Below the pieces are notes generated by a model. The model did no database searches, was not told where the DNA came from, and saw only the letters and a list, made by a program, of their open reading frames with translations. A program made the position numbers and the translations under genes. Shown piece by piece: positions 20,698-29,557 of a DNA stretch of 46,704 nucleotides (position 1 is the first letter of the stretch; each line of letters starts with the position of its first letter). The DNA is from an uncultured Eubacteriales bacterium (GTDB taxonomy: Bacteria > Bacillota > Clostridia > Oscillospirales > Acutalibacteraceae), in assembly GCA_964402095.1 (NCBI GenBank), contig CAYOAW010000002.1, forward strand, positions 1 through 46,704. Direction: 5' to 3'.

Positions 20698-22080
20698 CTA
20701 ATCGGCAGCAAGTTCCTGCATCACCCTGTTGGCTATCGGCGCGGCTTTTGCCAAACCTGAACCGCCGTTTTCGACAATAACAACAACCGCCAAAGGCAAA
20801 TCGGTTCGCTGAGAAAAACCTACAAACCAGGCATGGGGTCTTTTATCGCTCCCCACCTCAGCTGTACCGGTTTTGCCGCACATCTGAAGATTCGGGAATG
20901 TGCTGTCGCCGTAATAATTTTCAACATTTGAGCGGAGAAGCTCTTTTAATTTATGGGCGGTTGAACTGTTTATTGTAATGAGGGTTTCCTTATTCAGCGA
21001 GCCTCTTTGCGTAACCGTCTTGGTCGGGCTTACCACTTTGTCAACCAAATACGGAGAAATTCCGCTGCCGCCGTTGGCTATCGCACCCATTAGAGTAATC
21101 ATATGGTAAGGATTAGCCAAAGTGTTATATTGTCCGACACCCGCCCAGCCTAAATCCGAAGAGTTTGCTTTTGCAACAGAGAACCTGCTTTTTTCGATTT
21201 TTATACGGCCCATATAAAACTGTTTGTTAAAGCCCATCGTATTCGCTGTTGCCGTTAGCTTTTCGGTCCCCAATTCAATCGCTATACGGGCAAAAGCGGA
21301 GTTGCAGGACTTATTCATTGCCTCTTCGAAAGTAACAATACCGTGAGTCTTGCTGCAGATGACTACGCCTGTCGATGTTTGAAGCTTGCCTGTACATTTG
21401 AAAGTCCGTGTATATATATCCGGAATATTCTCCACAGCGCAAGCAGCGGTTACTGTTTTAAAAATCGAACCCGGGGTATAAACGCCAGAGAGAAAACGGT
21501 TCAGATATACACCTTCATATTCTTCGCCGGGATCATCGTTGATATTGTCCGGTTTGTTTTCAATATCGTAAGACGGCGAAGAAACCATGCAAAGTATTTC
21601 ACCGGTCTTATAATTGTAAACACCGACGGTTCCTTTCCGGCCATCAAGAGCATTGTACGCCACCTTGTTCGCCTGAGCATCGATTGTCAGATAAATATCG
21701 CTGCCCCTGCCATATTTTTTCAGCTGCCATACACCGTTTATAAAGCTGTAGCCCGACAGTTCCTGTTTATAAGCCGATTGTATTCCTGTTGAAATAAAGC
21801 CCGCGGCGTCGCCGACAATATGAAGCGTCGCTTTGCGCACAGTTCTGCTTGAGTTGTATACCCGCTTGCCGTTTTCGCTTTTCGCCAAAACCTCTCCGTC
21901 GCGATCATAGACCGCACCGGCAGAGACTGTTTGCCCGCCGCTGTAAATATGACGGTTTGCTCTGTTGGAAGCCCATATTCCGCCTTTGACAATAAATGTG
22001 CCGAACAGAAGGAATACGCCGGCAATAAAAGCAAAAACAAGTATATACAGCGCATATGCGCGTTTCGTTGTGTGGTTCAA
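20698..22080 (-). CDS. class B penicillin-binding protein (PbpA-type D,D-transpeptidase)
   Basis: SxxK (SIFK), SxN (SCN) and KTG (KTGT) motifs with an N-terminal TM. The TTG start overlaps the upstream stop (TTGA), preceded by AAGGAGAGAGG. Confidence 0.88.
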   Translation of the reverse strand: MNHTTKRAYALYILVFAFIAGVFLLFGTFIVKGGIWASNRANRHIYSGGQTVSAGAVYDRDGEVLAKSENGKRVYNSSRTVRKATLHIVGDAAGFISTGIQSAYKQELSGYSFINGVWQLKKYGRGSDIYLTIDAQANKVAYNALDGRKGTVGVYNYKTGEILCMVSSPSYDIENKPDNINDDPGEEYEGVYLNRFLSGVYTPGSIFKTVTAACAVENIPDIYTRTFKCTGKLQTSTGVVICSKTHGIVTFEEAMNKSCNSAFARIAIELGTEKLTATANTMGFNKQFYMGRIKIEKSRFSVAKANSSDLGWAGVGQYNTLANPYHMITLMGAIANGGSGISPYLVDKVVSPTKTVTQRGSLNKETLITINSSTAHKLKELLRSNVENYYGDSTFPNLQMCGKTGTAEVGSDKRPHAWFVGFSQRTDLPLAVVVIVENGGSGLAKAAPIANRVMQELAAD

Positions 22081-23351
22081 ACCGCCTCTCTCCTTTCGCG
22101 GTGATCATTTTTCTTTTTCTGCTGCCTGATATTCAATCTGAAGCCGGCGCTTTTAATAAAAGCAAAAAGCGCCCAGGAACAAATCATACTCGATCCGCCT
22201 CTGCTAACAAACGGCATCGTAACGCCTGTCAGCGGCAACAGGTCTGTAACACCGAATACATTCAGCCCCACTTGAAACAGCAGCATGGAAGCCGCAGCGA
22301 CCGCGGTGATCGCATAAAAAGCAGAATTCGATCTTCTGGCGGCGCGTATAGCGTAAACAGCCAAAAAGGCGAATGCGAGCATAATAAACAAGGCGACAAG
22401 CATCCCCCATTCCTCACAAATAACGCCGAAAACAAGATCTGTCGAGGCAGCATATATACTTCTGAGTTTGCCTTGCCCGATGCCCAACCCGAAAAGTCCG
22501 CCGCTCGAGGAATAGATTAATACTCTTGTCTGTTGAAAGCCCTTATCATCAACCGACTCCCAAACATGGCGGTAAGTCTCAAACCTTGCGGCAACATACG
22601 GTCTGAAATAGATAACCAGCATAGCCCCGATAAGAGCCCCGGTGCAAACCAAAAAAATAGTTCTGATATCACCGGAACGCATAAAGGCGATAATGATAAA
22701 TGTAAAGAAAAAAATCAAAGCGGTTCCAAAATCACGCATCAAAAAAAGAGCGCCGATACAAACTACAGCAAAGATAAGGTATTTTGACAGGCTCTTGGTT
22801 GACTGAAGCTTATCCAGCGTAACCGCTCCGACAAAAATAAACGCTATTTTGACAAATTCCGATGGCTGAACAGAAAAACCGCCTACATCTATCCAGTTAA
22901 GCGCTCCGTTAACAACCTTCGCCAAAACCAAATTAACAGCTAAAAGCCCTACTGCCGCAAAAGCGACAGGTGTCCTGAAAAACATGGCTTTATCCGGTTC
23001 ACGCAAAATCAGCATCAGCAGTGAAAAGGCCGCAAGTCCCGCAGCAACCGCAGCAAGCTGTTTGACAGCTAAGTCGTCACTGATACTTGCCGAAATCACC
23101 AGGCTGATACCCGACAGAAAAAAAGCAATCACTTCAAGCTCGATATGCGTGTTCTTCGTTATCAGCCTGCTTAAAATACAATAAATCCATTCAAGCGCGA
23201 TGAAGCCGGTAAAAACCATAAGGAGCGTATAGTTTACCTTCCCGTCCGCAAAAATCACTTGCGAAGCGGAAACGATTTGAAACACTGCAACAAAAAGCAG
23301 CGCAAGCTGCCACTTGTACGTTTTTAATTTTTCCTCAGCTATGCTGCCCAT
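22077..23351 (-). CDS. SEDS-family peptidoglycan polymerase (FtsW/RodA/SpoVE)
   Basis: Polytopic. Motifs DLVFGVICEEWG and LPLTGVTMPFVSRGGSS. Start placed at MGSIAEEK (23351) after GGTGG. Confidence 0.88.
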   Translation of the reverse strand: MGSIAEEKLKTYKWQLALLFVAVFQIVSASQVIFADGKVNYTLLMVFTGFIALEWIYCILSRLITKNTHIELEVIAFFLSGISLVISASISDDLAVKQLAAVAAGLAAFSLLMLILREPDKAMFFRTPVAFAAVGLLAVNLVLAKVVNGALNWIDVGGFSVQPSEFVKIAFIFVGAVTLDKLQSTKSLSKYLIFAVVCIGALFLMRDFGTALIFFFTFIIIAFMRSGDIRTIFLVCTGALIGAMLVIYFRPYVAARFETYRHVWESVDDKGFQQTRVLIYSSSGGLFGLGIGQGKLRSIYAASTDLVFGVICEEWGMLVALFIMLAFAFLAVYAIRAARRSNSAFYAITAVAAASMLLFQVGLNVFGVTDLLPLTGVTMPFVSRGGSSMICSWALFAFIKSAGFRLNIRQQKKKNDHRERREAV

Positions 23352-23380
23352 ATTACCACCGCATTTCGTTTCCCACAGAT

Positions 23381-23414
23381 TTACAGGGGATGGCGATAAA
23401 GCCATCCCCTGTAA
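23381..23414 (-). terminator. perfect 14-bp stem / 6-nt loop hairpin between the flavoenzyme operon and the SEDS gene (no U-tract)
   Basis: TTACAGGGGATGGC-GATAAA-GCCATCCCCTGTAA. Confidence 0.5.
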
Positions 23415-23448
23415 TCATACAACGAATTACGAAAACTGTAAACCTGTT

Positions 23449-25176
23449 TTACTTCTTTATGAAATCTCTTTTTTTGTCCTCCGGCAAATCCAGCCCCAGT
23501 GTTCCGCCCGGATTCATAAGATTGTCGGGATCAAAATGCTTTTTAAGCGCACGGTAGATATCCATTTGATTTTTTCCGATCTGTGCCTCAAGCCACGGCG
23601 CTGTCATTTTGCCTATACCATGGTGATGGCTCATCGCGGCGCCGTATTTCTGGATATTGTCCATAATACCCTGCTGATATTGAAGATACTCATCGATTTC
23701 ACTCATTTTAGCCTCAAATATGAAGTAGAGGTTTGCGCCTTGAGGATAGAAGTGGGACATATGGGTCATGCATATCGTATGGGGGCGGCTTTTACAGAAA
23801 GCACGCACGCCTTCATAAACCGGCATAAAGTTGTCCCAGTTGACAGAGCACTCAAGGGTGTCAAGCATAAGCCCGTAATCCCCCATATCCTCTCTCAAAT
23901 AAGGATCGGTAAAGCGCCCGTGTTCCCAGCCTTTTGTAACAAGCCCGGTTGTATACATAGCTCCATATTTTTTGCATATTCTTTTAATTTGATTTTTCAC
24001 ATTTTTGCTGAAATGCTCTTCGCCCTCAGTAAAGCCAAGCATTAAAACTCTGCTTCCATCCTCAAAACCTCTTGCTTTCAATATCTTATCAATCGGTGTG
24101 TCTGCAACGCCGTAAAGTCTGAAAGCAACAGCGGTTTCCTCCGGGTCGGAAAGTCGGAATACAGAAGGAAATCCGAATTCGCCCTGCATCACCTCACGCG
24201 CAGCATCAACACCGTTTTGCCAGGTTTTAAATACAAAGCTGAATCTCTTCCTGTTTTCGGGCATATATTTAAAAATACGCAGAGTCACATGGGTAAGAAT
24301 CCCGAAAGTGCCTTCGCTGCCCATCATAATTTCATCAATTGAAGGGCCGGTTGCGTTTGCGGGAAATTCGTCACTCTTGATAATTCCGGCCGGTGTAACA
24401 TATTCCTGGCTGAAAACAATATCCTCAATTTTGCCGTAATAACTGGAATTCTGGCCGGCTCCTCTTGTCACTACCCATCCGCCAACCGAGGAATATTCAA
24501 AGCTTTGCGGAAAATGACCGCAAGTATAGGCACGACTGGCCTTTAAAGTTTCGACTGCGTTATTCAATGTTTTTTCAAGGTCGGGGCCGCTCATCCCCGC
24601 CTCAACCGTAATGGTCTGGTTATGCTCGCTGAAAGCGATCACCTTGTTGAAATTCGGCCGCATATCAAGGGACACTCCGCCGCAAACGGGTTCAACTCCC
24701 CTTGTAACGGAGGACCCTCCGCCATAAACATATACAGGAATTTTCTGCTCGCAGCAGTACGCCACAATTTTAATGATGTCCTCCCTGCTGCGCGGGTATA
24801 GCACAACATCGGGCAGATTTTCAACAATACCTTTTCGAAGCCTCATCAAATCAATCATTGTTTTTCCGTATGCGACGGACAGGCGGGTATAGTTGTCTGT
24901 TTTTACATTCTCCGCACCGACAATTTCTTTGAACATATTGATTTGATTTTCACTCAAACGGCTCGGGCAATCAAAATCAACGGTCTCCAATCCCATTTCC
25001 TTTTTCTCTTTAAAATCCTCATCGGTCATCTCAAAAGTTTCTTTCATAAGCTTGTAAAGCTTTGAGTTGGGAGCTTTAAACGCTGTCGGGCCGCCCCACT
25101 TTAAAATGGAACGGTAGGATTTGCCGGGCGCCTGCTCATGATACCATTCGGGGGTAAACTCTGTTTTCTTTGCCAT
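23449..25176 (-). CDS. FAD-linked oxidase of the alkyl-dihydroxyacetonephosphate synthase (AGPS)-like type
   Basis: ATG at 25176 lies 8 nt after AAGGAGA. PCMH FAD-binding block (PDVVLYPRSREDI..VYVYGGGSSVTRG). C-terminal SHHHGIGK. N-terminal ILKWGGP resembles the AGPS WNGWG region. Confidence 0.7.
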   Translation of the reverse strand: MAKKTEFTPEWYHEQAPGKSYRSILKWGGPTAFKAPNSKLYKLMKETFEMTDEDFKEKKEMGLETVDFDCPSRLSENQINMFKEIVGAENVKTDNYTRLSVAYGKTMIDLMRLRKGIVENLPDVVLYPRSREDIIKIVAYCCEQKIPVYVYGGGSSVTRGVEPVCGGVSLDMRPNFNKVIAFSEHNQTITVEAGMSGPDLEKTLNNAVETLKASRAYTCGHFPQSFEYSSVGGWVVTRGAGQNSSYYGKIEDIVFSQEYVTPAGIIKSDEFPANATGPSIDEIMMGSEGTFGILTHVTLRIFKYMPENRKRFSFVFKTWQNGVDAAREVMQGEFGFPSVFRLSDPEETAVAFRLYGVADTPIDKILKARGFEDGSRVLMLGFTEGEEHFSKNVKNQIKRICKKYGAMYTTGLVTKGWEHGRFTDPYLREDMGDYGLMLDTLECSVNWDNFMPVYEGVRAFCKSRPHTICMTHMSHFYPQGANLYFIFEAKMSEIDEYLQYQQGIMDNIQKYGAAMSHHHGIGKMTAPWLEAQIGKNQMDIYRALKKHFDPDNLMNPGGTLGLDLPEDKKRDFIKK

Positions 25177-25193
25177 AATACAGTCTCCTTTTC

Positions 25194-25547
25194 TCAAACT
25201 TGTTCCATGTTTGCCGTTGCGACAATATCCGCTCCGAAAACATCCGGCAAAACGATATCGCCGACATGCAGGCGCTTTTCAACCCGCACATTTTTTATTA
25301 TCTTCATCGCCTCAAGCATTTTGCCCTTTGGAATTTCAGCGCTTGTTTTAACGGGAAGCCGCGGGAAATCCTCAAACACAGTCCTGACGGTAGTGGTCAG
25401 TGAACGTGTAGGATTGGTCAGCTCTGTTTTCGCAAATTCGGCACCTTTTTTGCATTGCGCGCCTTCAACTTTTATTTCTTGCCCTTCGTTTTCCACTGTC
25501 ATGCGGCAGCCGTTTGGGCAGACAATACAAGTCAGATTCATTATCAT
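25194..25547 (-). CDS. DUF1667-type small Cys-rich protein (third subunit of GlpA-type clusters)
   Basis: LTCIVCPNGCRMTVE...AQCKKG. The start is ambiguous (GTG 25550, ATG 25547 or ATG 25541). Confidence 0.75.
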   Translation of the reverse strand: MIMNLTCIVCPNGCRMTVENEGQEIKVEGAQCKKGAEFAKTELTNPTRSLTTTVRTVFEDFPRLPVKTSAEIPKGKMLEAMKIIKNVRVEKRLHVGDIVLPDVFGADIVATANMEQV

Positions 25548-25559
25548 CACCGCTGCTTT

Positions 25560-26399
25560 CTAAAATTCGTATTCCATACTGTCGTATGACACAAGAAATC
25601 CCTTTTTTTCCGCTTCCGGTACAAATTCATCGTAAGTGACAAGCCCGTTATGTGAAAAATGGTGCAGGCACCATACTGTTTTATCATCTGCAACACCGAT
25701 TTCCAGCAAACGGTTTTTAACTTCGGTACAGGTATCAATTCCCATATGCCCCTGCCTGTAATTAAAAACACAACCGGTGCAGTCAAGCGAAACAAAATCA
25801 AAATACGGTTTTGTCCGCTCCAAATATTCCCAGGTATCCTCAGGAAAATAACCGGTGTCATGCGCATAAAGCAATGTCTTCTTCCCGTCGCTGACAGCAT
25901 AAAAAACCGGCTCCAGTTCCCTGGCATGGTCAGCTTTCAATGCGGTTGCTATATAACCGCCGGCTTCAAAAGGCTCGAAAGGTTTCACGCGCTGAAACCG
26001 GACATTGGCTTTTTCATCAAGCCGGTTGTCCTCAATGATTCTGACAATCCCCTCTCCGCTTTTTTTTGAAGCGTAAAAGGTCAGCGGTATATGGCCATTC
26101 GGGGTTTTCGGATATGCGAAACAGCCTCTGCGCATATCGATATCAAGCGGATAAAGGTGGTCCGGATGCGCATGGGTAATAAGGCAGTGCTGAACCTCTT
26201 TTAAATCCAGCCCGTAATTTAAAATATGCAAGTAGGTATCGGCAGGGAAATCAATCAGCAGTTTGTCGTCAATCACTGCCTGCGAACGGGTTCGAATATT
26301 CCGTCCCCCCGCTTCCGCGGATTTTTTGCAGACATCGCAAAAACAAAAAAGCGCGGGCACCCCTTCCGCGGCGGAAGTGCCGAGATATTTTATCTTCAT
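25560..26399 (-). CDS. PhnP-like metallo-beta-lactamase-fold phosphodiesterase
   Basis: N-terminal GTSAAEGVPALFCFCDVC (CxCxxC), HxHxDH as THAHPDH, later DCTG and HHFSH. ATGA overlap with the upstream gene. Confidence 0.7.
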   Translation of the reverse strand: MKIKYLGTSAAEGVPALFCFCDVCKKSAEAGGRNIRTRSQAVIDDKLLIDFPADTYLHILNYGLDLKEVQHCLITHAHPDHLYPLDIDMRRGCFAYPKTPNGHIPLTFYASKKSGEGIVRIIEDNRLDEKANVRFQRVKPFEPFEAGGYIATALKADHARELEPVFYAVSDGKKTLLYAHDTGYFPEDTWEYLERTKPYFDFVSLDCTGCVFNYRQGHMGIDTCTEVKNRLLEIGVADDKTVWCLHHFSHNGLVTYDEFVPEAEKKGFLVSYDSMEYEF

Positions 26400-27655
26400 G
26401 AAATATCCTCCATAGTCAACTTAATCTCATTTATTGTATCCTGTTTCGGTTCGAAGCTCAAGACTTCCATCTCGGACGGGAGCAGCCTGTTGTATTTTTT
26501 TGAAAGTTCTTTTTGGCCGTTGACAGCAATTTCCGTTTTCTTTTTTCGGCAATCCTCCCTGCTGCGGAAATAAACGGTCAAAGGGCCCTTCTTATTAACA
26601 TCGTAATATTGGGGAACTTCATAAAGGAAATCATTGCTTCTGTATTGTATCTTGATTTTTTTTGTTTCGCCGGTCTTATATTCGGCTGCCGAGCGTCCCG
26701 CCAAGAATCCGCTTTGCGAAACATAGTCGACCAGATCATTGACATGCAAGGCATTGCCGCAGGAGAAAACGCCCGGTACGCTTGTCATGAGCGATTGGTC
26801 GACAAAAGGCCCCTTCGTAGCGCTGTCAATCTCAATACCGAGCGACTCGGCGATTTCATTTTCGGGCAGCAAGCCGACAGAAAGGATCAGCGCGTCGCAT
26901 TCAATCATCCTTTTGGTTGACTCAATAAACCTAAACTGCTCATCAACGCCGCAGACCTCAACCGCCTCCACTCGTTTTTCCCCGATTACCCGTGTGACAG
27001 TGGTGGAAAGATGCAAAGGAATATTAAAATCATCAAGGCATTGGCTGATATTTCTCGAAAGTCCGGCCGGCGCATTTTTAATTTCATAAACGCCTTCGAC
27101 GCTTGCCCCCTCAAGGGTTAGTCGTCGCGCCATAATCAAACCGATATCGCCGCTCCCGAGTATAACGCATCTTTTTGTCGGCATTTCTCCCATAATATTA
27201 ACAATATACTGGGCTGTTCCTGCATTGAATATCCCGGCAGGCCGTTCGCCTTGAATAAATACCTGTCTTGATGTTTTTTCACGGCAGCCGCAGGCCAGCA
27301 CAATTGTTTTTGAATGAATGAATTGCATACCTTCCGCACTCTGCAGCAGCAGTTCAAAACTGCTGTCCGGCATCCTCTTCACCTCATTGACAAATGCATT
27401 CGTAAGGCAGGTGATGCCAAGCGAATAAAACTCCGCTAAAAACCTTTCGGCATATTCAGGGCCTGTAAGCCTTTCTTTAAAATGGACAAGCCCGAATCCG
27501 TCATGGATACACTGTTTCAGAATTCCTCCGAGTTTTTTTTCGCGCTCAATCAGCAAAACATTCGCGCCGCTTTTGCTGGCTTCAACAGCGGCAGCCAAGC
27601 CCGCAGGTCCGCCGCCAAGAATTGTAACATCATATTGTTTGCCTGGATTGTTCAT
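26396..27655 (-). CDS. NAD(P)/FAD-dependent oxidoreductase (pyridine nucleotide-disulfide oxidoreductase fold), GlpA-partner type
   Basis: Two dinucleotide motifs, ILGGGPAGLAAA and ILGSGDIGLIMA. 419 aa. Confidence 0.8.
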   Translation of the reverse strand: MNNPGKQYDVTILGGGPAGLAAAVEASKSGANVLLIEREKKLGGILKQCIHDGFGLVHFKERLTGPEYAERFLAEFYSLGITCLTNAFVNEVKRMPDSSFELLLQSAEGMQFIHSKTIVLACGCREKTSRQVFIQGERPAGIFNAGTAQYIVNIMGEMPTKRCVILGSGDIGLIMARRLTLEGASVEGVYEIKNAPAGLSRNISQCLDDFNIPLHLSTTVTRVIGEKRVEAVEVCGVDEQFRFIESTKRMIECDALILSVGLLPENEIAESLGIEIDSATKGPFVDQSLMTSVPGVFSCGNALHVNDLVDYVSQSGFLAGRSAAEYKTGETKKIKIQYRSNDFLYEVPQYYDVNKKGPLTVYFRSREDCRKKKTEIAVNGQKELSKKYNRLLPSEMEVLSFEPKQDTINEIKLTMEDIS

Positions 27656-27704
27656 TATATCACTCCCAATAAGGACTGTTCGATTGCGCGGCGGCTGCCG
27701 GCCG

Positions 27705-29402
27705 TTATCCGCCGAAAACTATATTGGACCCTTCGCCGTTCTTGGTAACTTCTTCCGGTTTCATACCGGTCTGTTCACATATAATCTGCATAACCAGCGG
27801 CGAACAAAATCCGCCTTGGCATCTGCCCATTCCGGGGCGTATTCTGCGTTTTATGGCATCGATTGAAACGGCAGGCAAAGGCGAATTGACGGTGTCAATA
27901 ATTTCGCCCCTGCTGATCCCCTCGCATCGGCAAACGACAATTCCGTAATCCGGATTTTTTTTGATTGCTTCCTGTTTTTCCTCCAAAGTAAGCTTCGCCA
28001 TAACAGGCGAGACCCTTCGGTTCGGATTGTACTTTATATTTGGAACAACCTTCATTTCCCGTGCTAAAATTTCGCGGCTGATCTCCGCTGTTCTTTCCGC
28101 AATAGCGGGTGCCGCGGCAAGCCCCGGTGACTGTATCCCCGCGGCATGCACAAGATTATTTTGCCGCTCCGATTTTTCGATAATAAACTCTTCCTCATAG
28201 GTTGCAGCTCTGATACCAGCAAAATAAGTAATCACATCCGCTTTTGAAAAACCTTTTATCAAAGGCAAGTGCTTGTTTAAAACCGCATCCATGTTGTTTT
28301 TATTGGTTGAAAAGTCTTCCCTGAGAGGCTGCTCGTAAGCGTCCGGTCCAACCAGAACATTCCCGTCAATGGTTCGCATAACTCCGCCCCCTTTTGTATC
28401 AGAGGTTGCAGCCGCAAGGCCGATAAGCCCCATGGAACGGGTTACCAAAAGACCTTTTTTCTTGTCTAAAATCGCACATTCTCCCTTACGCGGGTGAATC
28501 GTAAAAAAACGGTCATCCGCCATCCCGGCAATCTTGTCCGCAAAAACTCCGGCCGCATTTATAACAAGCTTGGGCCTCACAGTACCCCTGTTTGTTACAA
28601 CACCCGTAATTTTCCCATTTTCAACCTCCATTGACTGTACGATTGTTTCCAGCGAAATTTTCACTCCGTTTTCAACAGCATTGTCAGCCAAAGCAACCGT
28701 CAGTTTGTACGGCGAAAGCACACCGGAGGATGGATACTCAAAAGCGCCAACAGCCTCATCAGTAATATTCGGTTCAATTTCCTCAAGGCGGCGGCGTGAG
28801 ATTTTACGGCCTTCAATACCCAAAAGTTTCTCACGTCTTGCAAAAACAGGCAATAAGAGCATTCCGAAAGCCTTGCTGGAAAACAAAACAAGGCTTCCGT
28901 ACCTTTCAAAAGGTACAGATAACTCCCGGCAAAGTTCAGTGTACAGGTAATTGCCGCGCACATTCATCTCGCCCCTTAGTGTGCCGGGGTGTGATGCAAT
29001 GCCGGGATGAATCATACCGTCATTGCGGGAGGAAGCGTGCATTGCAACATCGCTTTCCTTATCGACCAGCAGAATATCAAGCGCTGATTTTGAAAGCTCG
29101 CGTGCAATAGAACATCCAATAACCCCGCCGCCGATAATTAAAACATCCGGTTTCAGTTCCGCAAGAGATTCATCTGTTTTAGAAGGTTTCTTTATATCGG
29201 GTGCAGTAAATCCTTTTAGCGATATATCATTCACAACCGCTTTATATCCGAATTTCGCCGCAATTTTACCCGCTTGAACAATTTTCTGCCAATCGTCAAG
29301 TTCGCCCTCAAGGCGAACCGATTTTCTCCATTCGGAGCATTCGATGCTTTGAAATCCCTTTTTTATGAGTGCTTTCTTAATACTTCCGGTTTTGTTCTCC
29401 AT
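27705..29402 (-). CDS. FAD-dependent (DAO-family) glycerol-3-phosphate-dehydrogenase-like flavoprotein with a C-terminal BFD-like [2Fe-2S] motif and an extra ~85-aa N-terminal domain
   Basis: ATG at 29402 lies 8 nt after GGAGG. Motifs IIGGGVIGCS, SSRNDGMIHPG and VCRCE...GMGRCQGGFC. Confidence 0.8.
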   Translation of the reverse strand: MENKTGSIKKALIKKGFQSIECSEWRKSVRLEGELDDWQKIVQAGKIAAKFGYKAVVNDISLKGFTAPDIKKPSKTDESLAELKPDVLIIGGGVIGCSIARELSKSALDILLVDKESDVAMHASSRNDGMIHPGIASHPGTLRGEMNVRGNYLYTELCRELSVPFERYGSLVLFSSKAFGMLLLPVFARREKLLGIEGRKISRRRLEEIEPNITDEAVGAFEYPSSGVLSPYKLTVALADNAVENGVKISLETIVQSMEVENGKITGVVTNRGTVRPKLVINAAGVFADKIAGMADDRFFTIHPRKGECAILDKKKGLLVTRSMGLIGLAAATSDTKGGGVMRTIDGNVLVGPDAYEQPLREDFSTNKNNMDAVLNKHLPLIKGFSKADVITYFAGIRAATYEEEFIIEKSERQNNLVHAAGIQSPGLAAAPAIAERTAEISREILAREMKVVPNIKYNPNRRVSPVMAKLTLEEKQEAIKKNPDYGIVVCRCEGISRGEIIDTVNSPLPAVSIDAIKRRIRPGMGRCQGGFCSPLVMQIICEQTGMKPEEVTKNGEGSNIVFGG

Positions 29403-29476
29403 CTTAATATCCTCCGTTTTCAACGGTCATCATTCAAAAGTGCGATGCAGGAACTTTTCAGATACTATCTATTATT

Positions 29477-29494
29477 CGGAACGGAAAGCCGTTC
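29477..29494. promoter_or_regulatory. palindrome GGAACGG-N4-CCGTTCC in the operon leader (candidate operator or RNA hairpin)
   Basis: Perfect 7+7 inverted repeat read directly from the sequence. Confidence 0.4.
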
Positions 29495-29509
29495 CCTGCA
29501 ACTCATTGT

Positions 29510-29525
29510 TATTCGGTTGTCCGAA
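29510..29525. promoter_or_regulatory. palindrome ATTCGG-N4-CCGAAT next to both promoters (candidate HutC/GntR operator)
   Basis: Perfect 6+6 inverted repeat. TTATTCGG also recurs at 29471-29478 and 29508-29515. Confidence 0.4.
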
Positions 29526-29528
29526 TGT

Positions 29529-29557
29529 CTTGACATCATTTTATCACTGTGGTATGC
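29529..29557 (+). promoter_or_regulatory. candidate promoter of the GntR gene
   Basis: TTGACA (29529-34), 17-nt spacer ending TGG, then TATGCT (29552-57). Confidence 0.55.

Noticed and set aside
23314-24045. 243-aa plus-strand ORF
   Set aside because: It is antisense to the AGPS-like oxidase and spans the intergenic hairpin. It has no motif and no RBS.
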